This document shows, in pieces, positions 47,363 through 55,924 of a stretch of DNA of 64,000 bases (position 1 is its first letter; the number at the start of each line of letters is the position of its first letter). The DNA is taken from the NCBI GenBank assembly GCA_023129715.1, contig JAGMBO010000054.1:38291-102290 (forward strand). The letters run 5' to 3'. The position numbers and the translations under genes were made by a program. This DNA is from Candidatus Eiseniibacteriota bacterium (GTDB taxonomy: Bacteria; Eisenbacteria; RBG-16-71-46; CAIMUX01; WJJG01). The notes beneath the pieces are model-generated. The model made no database searches and was not told the origin of the DNA. It was given only the letters and a program-made list of their open reading frames with translations.

Positions 47363-48970
47363 CTAGGAAGCCCTCCCACCGCCACGCCTGGGAAACCAAC
47401 GGGCGAGGATGAGGAAGAGGATCCCGGCCGCGACCAGACCGAGCATCCCATCGCCGACGCGCACCGCCGGGCTGCCGGCCCCGGCGCAGATTTCGCCCCG
47501 CAGGGCGTCGGGAGTGAAGACGGCCGTCTCTTGGCGCACACGTCCCCAGGGATCGATGATCATGCTGATTCCGGTGTTCGCACAGCGCACCACCGGCACC
47601 CGGTTCTCAACTGCGCGCAGAATCGCCATCTCGGCATGCTGCGCCGGCCCCGCGGTGCGGCCGAACCAGAAATCATTGGTGATGTTGACCAGCACGCCCG
47701 CCCCCTCCCGCACCAGTTGCCGCGCAACCTCCGGGAAGACCGACTCGAAACAGATCAGACAACCGATCTGCTCACCGGCCACCGGGAAGAGGATCGGATC
47801 TTCGCCGGCCGAGAAGTCCGACTGGCCGAAGTCGATTTCTTTCAACCAGGGGGCCAGCTTCTGCAACGGCATCTGCTCACTGAAGGGCACCAGTTTCATC
47901 TTGCGATAGGTCGGTGACCGCCCCCCATCGGGATAGAACACCAACGCGGAATTGTAGATCAACCAGTCGCGCGTCCGCGCGGGGCCGTGCCAGAACCCCT
48001 CCTGGGTGCCGAGGAGCAGCGGCCGGTCGAGGGCCTCGACGAATCCCTGCACGCGAGCCAGCACCTGCGGTTCCTGGAGCAGGAGCACCGGCAGGACCGT
48101 CTCGGGCCAGATGAAGAGGTCGAAGCCTCCCTCCCGCCGGCCCTGCTCGGCCGCCGCCGCCCCGTGCGCCAGCACTCTCCGGATGACCTCCTCGCGGTGC
48201 TCCGGCTTCCACTTCATCTCACGTCGGATGTCGGGCTGGGCGATGAGCACCGTCATCGCCGTGCTCCCCGCCGCCTTCGTCCCGACCGGATGGGCCGCGA
48301 GCACCCACGCCCCTCCCACCCCCACGAGGGTGATCAGCACCAGCGCCGCCGGCAGACCGGCCCGCCGCCCCCGCACCGCCCCCGCCAAGAGGGCGTTGAT
48401 GATCAGGACGAAGAAGACGAGCCCCCAGAATCCGACGAGCGCGGCGCCCTGGATCATGGGGGGCACGCGGGCCAGCGCATAACCCGCCGCCCCCCACGGG
48501 AAACCCAGGGGACCCTGGGCCCGCAACCACTCGCAGAGCAGCCCCACCGCCGGCGCGAGCACCAGAAACGGCACCCCGACCCAGCGGGCCAGCCAGCGGG
48601 TCGCCAGTGCGGCGAGCCCGAAGAAAACGCCCAGGTAGAGACCCAGCAGGCCGAGCGCCGGGATCATGAGCCCCGGGATCGCGAGTTCCTCGTTCGAGAG
48701 CCCCAGAATCCAGTGCAGCATGCCGATGAACCCAACGCAGCCCATCCCCCAGCCTTGCAAGAAGGTCCCGCGCCAAGACGGCGCCGGCCCGCTCGCGAGT
48801 CGCCGATCCAGATGCACCCAAAGCGGGATCCAGGCCAGGAAGATGAGCGGCCAGAGGCGCCAGGGGGGAAAGGCGAGGACCAGCAGCAGGCCGCTCACGA
48901 CGGGCCAGAGCACGTCGCCGCCGATGCGCGGGACCCGCGGGCGATGGTCTTTGCCGGCCGGCTGGGACAT
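47363..48970 (-). CDS. lnt: Apolipoprotein N-acyltransferase
   Basis: GFPW, WPET, K.KLVPFSE, ICFESVF, NITND.WFG, RAVENR, ANTGIS. Confidence 0.95.
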   Translation of the reverse strand: MSQPAGKDHRPRVPRIGGDVLWPVVSGLLLVLAFPPWRLWPLIFLAWIPLWVHLDRRLASGPAPSWRGTFLQGWGMGCVGFIGMLHWILGLSNEELAIPGLMIPALGLLGLYLGVFFGLAALATRWLARWVGVPFLVLAPAVGLLCEWLRAQGPLGFPWGAAGYALARVPPMIQGAALVGFWGLVFFVLIINALLAGAVRGRRAGLPAALVLITLVGVGGAWVLAAHPVGTKAAGSTAMTVLIAQPDIRREMKWKPEHREEVIRRVLAHGAAAAEQGRREGGFDLFIWPETVLPVLLLQEPQVLARVQGFVEALDRPLLLGTQEGFWHGPARTRDWLIYNSALVFYPDGGRSPTYRKMKLVPFSEQMPLQKLAPWLKEIDFGQSDFSAGEDPILFPVAGEQIGCLICFESVFPEVARQLVREGAGVLVNITNDFWFGRTAGPAQHAEMAILRAVENRVPVVRCANTGISMIIDPWGRVRQETAVFTPDALRGEICAGAGSPAVRVGDGMLGLVAAGILFLILARWFPRRGGGRAS

Positions 48971-48999
48971 TGACGCGCCCGTTGCTCCTCTGCTAGAGT
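48970..48999 (+). promoter_or_regulatory. Putative rpsT promoter
   Basis: TTGACG-N18-TAGAGT with TG extension; -35 touches the lnt start codon on the opposite strand. Confidence 0.55.
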
Positions 49000-49095
49000 G
49001 TCTTGTTCTCGATCTCGGCTCTCTCCCGCGCGGCCGCCCCGCTCGGCCGGCGCCGGGAAGAACGCGACGCGGTTGCCGAAAGGAGTCCAGGAAGC

Positions 49096-49362
49096 ATGCC
49101 ACAGCACAAGTCAGCGGAAAAGAGAATGCGCACCAGTGCCAAGCGCTGCGAGCGCAATCGGCAGGTTCGGGCCCGCGTGCGAACCGCCATCCGGCGCCTC
49201 GCGGAAGCCGCGCCCCAGGAGCAACCCGCCGAGCTGCGCCGCGTGACCAGCGAGCTGGACAACGCGGTTCGCAAAGGCGTCCTGAAGAAGACCACCACCA
49301 GTCGGTTGAAGTCGCGCTTGGCCAAGCGGGTCAATCGCGCAGCGGAGACGGCGGCGGCCTAG
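49096..49362 (+). CDS. rpsT: 30S ribosomal protein S20
   Basis: MPQHKSAEKRMR..RN...LDNAVRKGVL..SRLKSRL. Confidence 0.93.
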   Translation: MPQHKSAEKRMRTSAKRCERNRQVRARVRTAIRRLAEAAPQEQPAELRRVTSELDNAVRKGVLKKTTTSRLKSRLAKRVNRAAETAAA

Positions 49363-50353
49363 CCGCCCCACCGGCATCTGCCCGAAACACCCCTCGCTCG
49401 AGGGGATCGGCCGGCCCCCGGAGAATCCAGGCCGGCTCTGCTTTTTCCACCTCCAGTCCATCTCCCGAGGCAACCGTGAAGACGACCGAGCCGCACGCCT
49501 GCTCCTCCAGCAGCAAGGCGCCCGCCGCCACGGCCCCGGACCCGCAGGCGCGTGTGATGCCTTCCACCCCACGCTCATAGGTCCGGAGGCGCCCCCGCAG
49601 TCCCGGCCCTCCCCCGCGCGGAACGCCCCCGCCGAGCGAGCCCTGCGCATGGGCCGGCGTCCAAACGAAGTCGACATTCGTCCCCGCGGGCTCGAAGCGC
49701 CCGTGGCGTCGCAGACGACCCCCGACCTCGATGAGCAGCCTCTCGGGGGGCAACGCCTGGGATAACAGGTGTGGCGACGGGGACGATGACGCCGGCAACG
49801 GGGACGATGACGCCGGCGACGGGGACGAGGGCAACGACCGCAGCGGGGGATCCCAGAACTGCACGCAGAGATGGGGCACTCCCGCCTCGATCCAGGCGGC
49901 GCGCGCCAGAGTTCCCGGCCACTCGGGCGGGAGCGGACCGATCAACGCCAGGGGCAACTCCCGCGCCAGGAAGCGCGGGGCCGGAAGGGTGATTGCAATC
50001 CGCTCGCCCTCGCGCCACCCCTCCAGAGCGATGTCGCCGACGCGCGCAGCGACACGTTTCTCGCCCGTGCGCGCCAACAGATGGGCGACCAGGCAGCGGG
50101 CGCCGTTGCCGCAGAAGGCCGCGGTGGAGCCGTCGGCATTGTAGACGCTCGCCTCGCTCCCCCGGATCCAGAAGAGCCCATCGGCCCCGGGGCCTGCCGG
50201 ATCCCGGCACAACTGCCGGGCCAGCGCCGCGATCACAGCCCGATCCTGCACCTCCGGCCCAAGGGAGACACTCTCGACGAAGAGAAAAGTGTTCCCGGCC
50301 CCACTCCACTTGGTGTAGGGAATCGCCACCGGCTCAGGACGATGCACCCCCAC
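49331..50353 (-). CDS. dapF: Diaminopimelate epimerase with low-complexity insertions
   Basis: GAGNTF, GADG, YNADGS..FCGNGARC, GVPH, GTNVDF, ERGV..TRACGSG. Confidence 0.88.
   Translation of the reverse strand: MGVHRPEPVAIPYTKWSGAGNTFLFVESVSLGPEVQDRAVIAALARQLCRDPAGPGADGLFWIRGSEASVYNADGSTAAFCGNGARCLVAHLLARTGEKRVAARVGDIALEGWREGERIAITLPAPRFLARELPLALIGPLPPEWPGTLARAAWIEAGVPHLCVQFWDPPLRSLPSSPSPASSSPLPASSSPSPHLLSQALPPERLLIEVGGRLRRHGRFEPAGTNVDFVWTPAHAQGSLGGGVPRGGGPGLRGRLRTYERGVEGITRACGSGAVAAGALLLEEQACGSVVFTVASGDGLEVEKAEPAWILRGPADPLERGVFRADAGGAARPPPSPLRD
49773..49835. repeat. 21-bp tandem repeat (~3 copies) inside dapF
   Basis: GGC(G/A)ACGGGGACGATGACGCC x2 plus a partial third copy; encodes SSPSPASSSPLPASSSPSP. 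Confidence 0.85.
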
Positions 50354-51710
50354 GCCCCTCCTCCCGCGGGCGGACGATCAGCGGCCACTGCAATCCCTCG
50401 ACGACCCGCCCCGGTTGCAGCCGGATCGGATCGGGGTGTTCACCGCTGGGCTCACTCGCCTGCCTGAGCCCGTCGCCATTCAGGTCACGGAAGGCCTCGA
50501 GCCGATAGAGATCGGGCGCCAGGCCCTGCAGCCGGAAACTCCCGCGACAGCGCACTTCACCCGCCACCGACCCATCGCCGGCCAGGCGAGCGGTCACCCA
50601 GATCGGCGTCGCGCAGCGCACACTCTCCGCCGCGGCGGATACGAGGCGGGTCTCGAGGCGGCCGAGCTCGACCTGCACCGATTCGATCTCCGCCGCGGTT
50701 AGCTCAATGCGAGGCAACGAGTCTCCCTCCAGGCGCGCAAAGCCGGTCGCATCGCGATCTCCGCTCAGCATGCCCGCGAGGCTGTCGACCTGCGCACGTA
50801 GGTGGCTGGCCGGTACAAATGCGGCGCAGGTCGAGTCGAGCACGCTGCCGCTCAGATCTCCCTCCTCGTCGGCGAAGACGAGATAGAGAGCCAACGAATC
50901 GGCCTCCGCGCCCGAGTCGGGTACCACGACCGGGAACTCACTGAATCCCCACAGGTCCGATCCTTCGTCATAGGTCCGGTTTTCGTTGCGATCGAAAAGC
51001 GCAGCCGCCAGCAAGGGACGCCCGACCGGAACAAAGGGAAAGACGAAGCTCCCGTCGCCGGCCGTCTCGGCGATGCGCAGCGCCTCGAGCGCATCGGGCC
51101 GCAGCGCGGCCTCGGCGACCAGGGGACCCTGCAGGCCCTCCGGCCATGCAAAGAGGAAGACCGCTACCTCCCCGGCGCGCAGCGACCGCGTGTGCAGGGT
51201 TCCCGCGACGCGGCCGCGGGCCAACGAATCACCCGTCGAGAAGGCGAAGAGCAACGGCGGCGCCAGCGCGTTGCGCCGCGCGTCGGTGGCCGGCGCGCCG
51301 ACCAGGACGGTGTAGGTCGTCGCCTCTCGCCATCCCGCAGCCGCCTCACACGTGAGACGCGTCGCGGTCCAGGCACATGCGAGCTTCCCCGGCCACGGGG
51401 CGATACGCAGTCCATCGCGCACCCTGGAGCGGTTCATCTTCTCGCTGAACTCGATTACCAACGGCGCATCCCGCGCCACCCCCACCGCCCCCGAATCGGG
51501 GGCATGGGCGATCACCCGCGGGGCATCCCGGTCTTCCGGCCCTCCCCTCGGCGGGGCCATCCGCGCGCACCCTCCCGCGGCCAATCCGGCGGCCACCGCC
51601 AAGCTGGTCCACCGCAAGACCGCGCCCCCGGGCCACCACCCTCCGCGGCCGGGCCGCGTCCGCAACGCCCCCGCTCCCCGCCGCCGGTCGCTGTGCGCTA
51701 GGCGAGACAA
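50334..51710 (-). CDS. Ig-like (Big_5) domain lipoprotein
   Basis: Lipobox AGG-C followed by A..PP.GGPED..AP, IEFSE, FSTG; DxNxN and DLNGDG loops; start uncertain. Confidence 0.8.
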   Translation of the reverse strand: MSRLAHSDRRRGAGALRTRPGRGGWWPGGAVLRWTSLAVAAGLAAGGCARMAPPRGGPEDRDAPRVIAHAPDSGAVGVARDAPLVIEFSEKMNRSRVRDGLRIAPWPGKLACAWTATRLTCEAAAGWREATTYTVLVGAPATDARRNALAPPLLFAFSTGDSLARGRVAGTLHTRSLRAGEVAVFLFAWPEGLQGPLVAEAALRPDALEALRIAETAGDGSFVFPFVPVGRPLLAAALFDRNENRTYDEGSDLWGFSEFPVVVPDSGAEADSLALYLVFADEEGDLSGSVLDSTCAAFVPASHLRAQVDSLAGMLSGDRDATGFARLEGDSLPRIELTAAEIESVQVELGRLETRLVSAAAESVRCATPIWVTARLAGDGSVAGEVRCRGSFRLQGLAPDLYRLEAFRDLNGDGLRQASEPSGEHPDPIRLQPGRVVEGLQWPLIVRPREEGRGGASS

Positions 51711-52630
51711 TGCAGCAGGATCCCCTTCTGGGCATGCAGTCGATTCTCGGCCTGGTCGTAAACGATGCTCTGCGGTCCATCGATCACCTCATCGGTGATT
51801 TCCTCACCGCGGTGCGCCGGGAGGCAGTGCATGACATGGGCCCCCGGCGCCGCGCCCGCGAGCAGCTCTGAGTTGATCTGATAGGGTGGAAAGAGCGCCC
51901 CGCGCTTCTCCGCCTCGGCCTCCTGGCCCATGCTCGTCCAGGTGTCGGTGTAGATCACCTGCGCGCCAGCGACCGCCTCCACCGGGTCACGGAGCAGGCT
52001 CACCCTGCCGCGCCCCTCTGCCGCCACCCGGGCCACCGCCTCGGCATCGGGTTCGTAACCCGCGGGCGTTGCCACCCGCAGGTCGAAACCATAGGGGATC
52101 GCCGCATGAATCCAGGACTGCACGACGTTGTTCCCATCGCCGAGGTAGGCAATGCGGAGATCGTCGAGATCATGCCCCCGCTCGCGCAAGGTAAACAGAT
52201 CGGCAAGCACTTGACAGGGATGCACCCAATCGGTGAGTCCATTGATGATCGGGATGCGTGCCGCCCCTGCCAGCTGAACGACATGCTCCTGCGAGAAGGT
52301 CCGGATCATGATCGCGTCGAGGTAGCGGGACATCACCGCCCCGATATCCTTGATCGCCTCGCGTTTGCCGAAACCGATCTCCTGGTCGGTGATGTAGACG
52401 GCACTCCCGCCGAGCTGGCGCATGCCGACCTCGAAGGAAAGACGCGTGCGCAGACTCGGCTTGTGGAACACCAGACCGAGTACCCGCCCCGCCAGCGGCA
52501 CCTCCCCGCTTCCCTCGCGCCAGGCGCGCTTGAGGCCCTCCGCCTGCCTGAGAATCTCATCGAGCTCCGCGCGTTCGAAATCGAGCAGGCTGAGAAAGTC
52601 GATCTTCTTCCTGGTTTGCTTCACCGGCAT
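51698..52630 (-). CDS. argF: Ornithine carbamoyltransferase
   Basis: KPSLRTR, HPCQVLAD, GDGNNV, TDTWTSMG, HCLPAHRG, QAENRLH. Confidence 0.95.
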   Translation of the reverse strand: MPVKQTRKKIDFLSLLDFERAELDEILRQAEGLKRAWREGSGEVPLAGRVLGLVFHKPSLRTRLSFEVGMRQLGGSAVYITDQEIGFGKREAIKDIGAVMSRYLDAIMIRTFSQEHVVQLAGAARIPIINGLTDWVHPCQVLADLFTLRERGHDLDDLRIAYLGDGNNVVQSWIHAAIPYGFDLRVATPAGYEPDAEAVARVAAEGRGRVSLLRDPVEAVAGAQVIYTDTWTSMGQEAEAEKRGALFPPYQINSELLAGAAPGAHVMHCLPAHRGEEITDEVIDGPQSIVYDQAENRLHAQKGILLHCLA

Positions 52631-52712
52631 GCTCCGCCTCCGTCTCGCCTGCGTCTCGCCCCGGGCGCGGCGCCCCCTCCGCGCTCACCCTCGTGACCGC
52701 CGCGCTCACAAC

Positions 52713-54125
52713 CTAGAGGATATAGCGCGACAGATCCTTGTCTTGGAGGATCCCCGAAAGCCGCTTGTCGACCTCGGCGCCATCGACGCGCACCTCGTCG
52801 ATCTGTGCCTCGGGAACTTCGAAGAGCACCTCCTCGAGCAACGTGGTCAATATCGTGTGCAGGCGCCGCGCACCGATGTTCTCAGTGCTCGCATTGACCT
52901 CGCTGGCAATCGCCGCGATGCGCTCGATCGCCGACCGGGTGAAACTCAGCGCGACCCCCTCGGTGCCGAGCAGGGCGGCATATTGTTTGAGCAAGGCGTT
53001 GCGCGGTTCGGTCAGAATGCGGATGAAGTCGTCCTCAGTCAGCGCGGAGAGCTCGACCCGGATCGGAAAGCGGCCCTGCAGCTCGGGAATCAGGTCGGCC
53101 GGCTTCGTGGTGTGGAAGGCGCCCGCGGCGATGAACAGGATGTGGTCGGTCTTGACCAGCCCATAGCGCGTCGCGACACTCGATCCCTCGATGATCGGCA
53201 GCAGGTCGCGTTGGACTCCCTGGCGCGACACGTCCGGGCCATGGGCGCCGTTTCCTCCAGCGATCTTGTCGATCTCATCGACAAAGATGATTCCCGACGT
53301 CTGCGCGCGCTCGAGCGCATTGGCGACGACCTTGTCCATGTCGATCAGCCGTGAGGTTTCTTCCTGGAGCAGGACATCGCGCGCCTCGCCGACCGTCATC
53401 TTGCGGCGCTTCTTGCCGCTCGGCAGCAACGCTTGGAGGTGTTCGGGCAAGTTGAACTCCATCTCCTCGAGTCCTGCGTTCGAGAAGATCTCGACCGTCG
53501 GCAAACCGGTGCGTACCTTGACGTCGAGTTCGACCTCGCGCTCTTCGAGCAGGCCCTCCCGCAGCTGCCGCCGCAGCTTGTCCCGCGTGCGCTCGTGACG
53601 CTCCTCGCTCTCCGTCGCGGCCCGCTCCACCGTCGCCTCGGTCGAGCCGAACAGTGAGGGCATCGAGGCCTGCGCCGGCTCCCGGCTGCCGCGCGCCGGG
53701 CGCCCCGGCAGCAGCAGACCGAGCAGCCGCCGCTCGACCATCCGCTCCGCGGCCGCCTTCACTTGCGCCGACATCTCCTCCCGCACCATGTTGACCGCGA
53801 GCTCGGCCAGATCACGGATCATCGACTCGACGTCCCGGCCGACGTAGCCGACCTCGGTGAACTTCGACGCCTCGACCTTCAGGAAGGGTGCGCCCGCCAA
53901 GCGCGCCAGCCGACGGGCGATCTCGGTCTTCCCGACCCCGGTCGGCCCGATCATGATGATGTTGTTGGGCAGGATCTCATCACGCATGTCGGCGGAGACG
54001 AGCCGGCGCCGATAGCGGTTGCGCAAGGCGATGGCAACGCTTTTCTTGGCCGCGCTCTGACCGATGATGTACTTGTCCAGCTCGCGGGTGATCTGCTTTG
54101 GCGTCAGTTCCTGGAGGTCCTTCAT
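52713..54125 (-). CDS. hslU: HslUV protease ATPase subunit
   Basis: [52 protein letters not shown]. Confidence 0.96.
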   Translation of the reverse strand: MKDLQELTPKQITRELDKYIIGQSAAKKSVAIALRNRYRRRLVSADMRDEILPNNIIMIGPTGVGKTEIARRLARLAGAPFLKVEASKFTEVGYVGRDVESMIRDLAELAVNMVREEMSAQVKAAAERMVERRLLGLLLPGRPARGSREPAQASMPSLFGSTEATVERAATESEERHERTRDKLRRQLREGLLEEREVELDVKVRTGLPTVEIFSNAGLEEMEFNLPEHLQALLPSGKKRRKMTVGEARDVLLQEETSRLIDMDKVVANALERAQTSGIIFVDEIDKIAGGNGAHGPDVSRQGVQRDLLPIIEGSSVATRYGLVKTDHILFIAAGAFHTTKPADLIPELQGRFPIRVELSALTEDDFIRILTEPRNALLKQYAALLGTEGVALSFTRSAIERIAAIASEVNASTENIGARRLHTILTTLLEEVLFEVPEAQIDEVRVDGAEVDKRLSGILQDKDLSRYIL

Positions 54126-54148
54126 CCCTTGTTCCTTGCCGCTGCTCC

Positions 54149-54682
54149 TTAGAGCTCCTCGACGTAAAGGGTTGTGTTCGTGTAGATGCAGATCTCGGCC
54201 GCGATCTCGAGCGCATGCCGCACGGCGACGGCAACCGAGGCCTCGGCGCCATGGCGCAACAGGGCCCGGCAGGCCGCCAGCGCGTAGGGCGCCCCGGCGC
54301 CGATGGCGACGATCCCGTCATCGGGTTCGATCACATCCCCGGCCCCGCTCAGCAGGAAGGCCTGCGTTCCATCGACGGCGATCAGCTGCGCCTCGAGCCG
54401 GCGCAGGACCCGGTCAGATCGCCACTCCTTGGCAAGTTCCACGGCCGCCCGCTGCAGCCCCCCGCGATGCGCCTCGAGTTGTCTCTCGAAGCGCTCAAAG
54501 AGATGCAACCCATCCGCGGCGCCGCCGGCGAAACCGGCCAGAACGCGTCCCTCATAGAGCCGGTAGATCTTGCGCGCCCCCGACTTGACGATCGTGTGGC
54601 CAAGGGTGACCTGCCCGTCGCAGGCCAGCGCGGCTGCCCCCTCACGCACGCAGCCGATCACCGTGGTTCCGTGGGTCAGCAT
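54149..54682 (-). CDS. hslV: HslUV protease peptidase subunit
   Basis: HGTT, DGQVTLG, GFAG, WRSDR.LRRLEA, ICIYTN. Confidence 0.95.
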   Translation of the reverse strand: MLTHGTTVIGCVREGAAALACDGQVTLGHTIVKSGARKIYRLYEGRVLAGFAGGAADGLHLFERFERQLEAHRGGLQRAAVELAKEWRSDRVLRRLEAQLIAVDGTQAFLLSGAGDVIEPDDGIVAIGAGAPYALAACRALLRHGAEASVAVAVRHALEIAAEICIYTNTTLYVEEL

Positions 54683-54880
54683 TTCTCGATCTCCACCGTG
54701 CCTGCCGGGGCCCGCTCCGCCCTCGCAGCCTCCCGGCCACGGCAACCACCAGCCCCCAGCCCACGCTCCGCCTGCCTGACGAGCGCACCCATCCTAGCAG
54801 GCGCAGCCCCCGCTTTCCCACCGGCAATCTCTCACCGGCGGCTCGGTGCCTTGCACTTCGATCCGTGGCGTCTTGCCCGC

Positions 54881-55924
54881 TCACTGAGAACGCTGCGCGC
54901 GACCGGTGACGCTAGCGTCGCCGCGGGCGCCCGCGGGCGATGCTGCTTCTCCGCGTTGCCCGCGGGCGCGGGGGTGGGTCCGATCGAACGTTTCGCGCAG
55001 TTTGGCGGTCGAGACATGCGTGTAGACCTGCGTCGTATCTAGGGAGCGGTGGCCGAGAAGAGCCTGGATCGCGCGCAGGTCGGCGCCCCGGTCGAGCATG
55101 TGCGTGGCAAAGCTGTGACGCAGCGCGTGCGGATGCACATGGCCCAGCAAGGGATCCGACAGCCGGGCGGCGACCAGTCGTTGCACCGAGCGCACACTCA
55201 GCCGGCCCCCGCGCGCGTTGAGAAACACGGCCCTTCCGGCCGCGCCCCTCCGCGACCGCGGAGCCTGCGAACGCACGTGGAGGTAGGCCGCCAGGCTGTG
55301 CCGCGCCTCTTCTCCGAAGCAGACCGTCCGCTCGCGGGCTCCCTTGCCCTTCACGCGCACCCACCGCCCAGCAAGATCGAGATCGTCCAGGTCGAGCGCG
55401 GCCAGCTCCGAGACGCGCAGCCCCGCCCCATAGAGCAGCTCGCAGATCGCGCGGTCGCGCCAGTCACTCCACTCCTTCCCCCAGGCGCCATCGAGGCGCG
55501 CCGCCAAGCGCGCCTCGCCCAGCGCGCGCGGCAGGGGGCGACCGATGCGCGGCGCCGGCAGCCGCGACGCCGGATCCGCGGCGAGCAGCCCCTCGCGCAG
55601 CAGGAAACGCGTGAAACGGCGCAGCGCCGAGCGGCGGCGCACGATGCTGCGCGGACGGCTTCCCGCCGCCTGTTGCGCCGCGATCCAGAGGCGGAGATGC
55701 GCGGGATCGATGTCTCCGAGGTGCGGTGCCCGCCCCAGGCGTTCGCCCAGGAACCGCAGGAGAGTGCGCAGATCGTGCTCGTAGGCGCGGGCCGTCTCGC
55801 GGCTGCGCCCCTCTAGGTGGACCAGCTCACGCAGAAAGCCATGCAGCGCGAGGCGCAGGCGCTCGGCCGCCTGGGGGGCTCCGCCGTCAGGAGGCGGGTT
55901 TATCGTCAACCGTCTTTTCGGCAT
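54881..55924 (-). CDS. xerC: Tyrosine recombinase XerC
   Basis: LYGAGLRVSEL, KGKG, HPHALRHSFATH, LGH..TTQVYTH; topA-xerC-hslVU synteny. Confidence 0.9.
   Translation of the reverse strand: MPKRRLTINPPPDGGAPQAAERLRLALHGFLRELVHLEGRSRETARAYEHDLRTLLRFLGERLGRAPHLGDIDPAHLRLWIAAQQAAGSRPRSIVRRRSALRRFTRFLLREGLLAADPASRLPAPRIGRPLPRALGEARLAARLDGAWGKEWSDWRDRAICELLYGAGLRVSELAALDLDDLDLAGRWVRVKGKGARERTVCFGEEARHSLAAYLHVRSQAPRSRRGAAGRAVFLNARGGRLSVRSVQRLVAARLSDPLLGHVHPHALRHSFATHMLDRGADLRAIQALLGHRSLDTTQVYTHVSTAKLRETFDRTHPRARGQRGEAASPAGARGDASVTGRAQRSQ

Noticed and set aside
54881-55924. Tyrosine recombinase as the integrase of a mobile element
   Set aside because: Housekeeping topA-xerC-hslVU context; no att repeats, cargo genes or visible compositional shift
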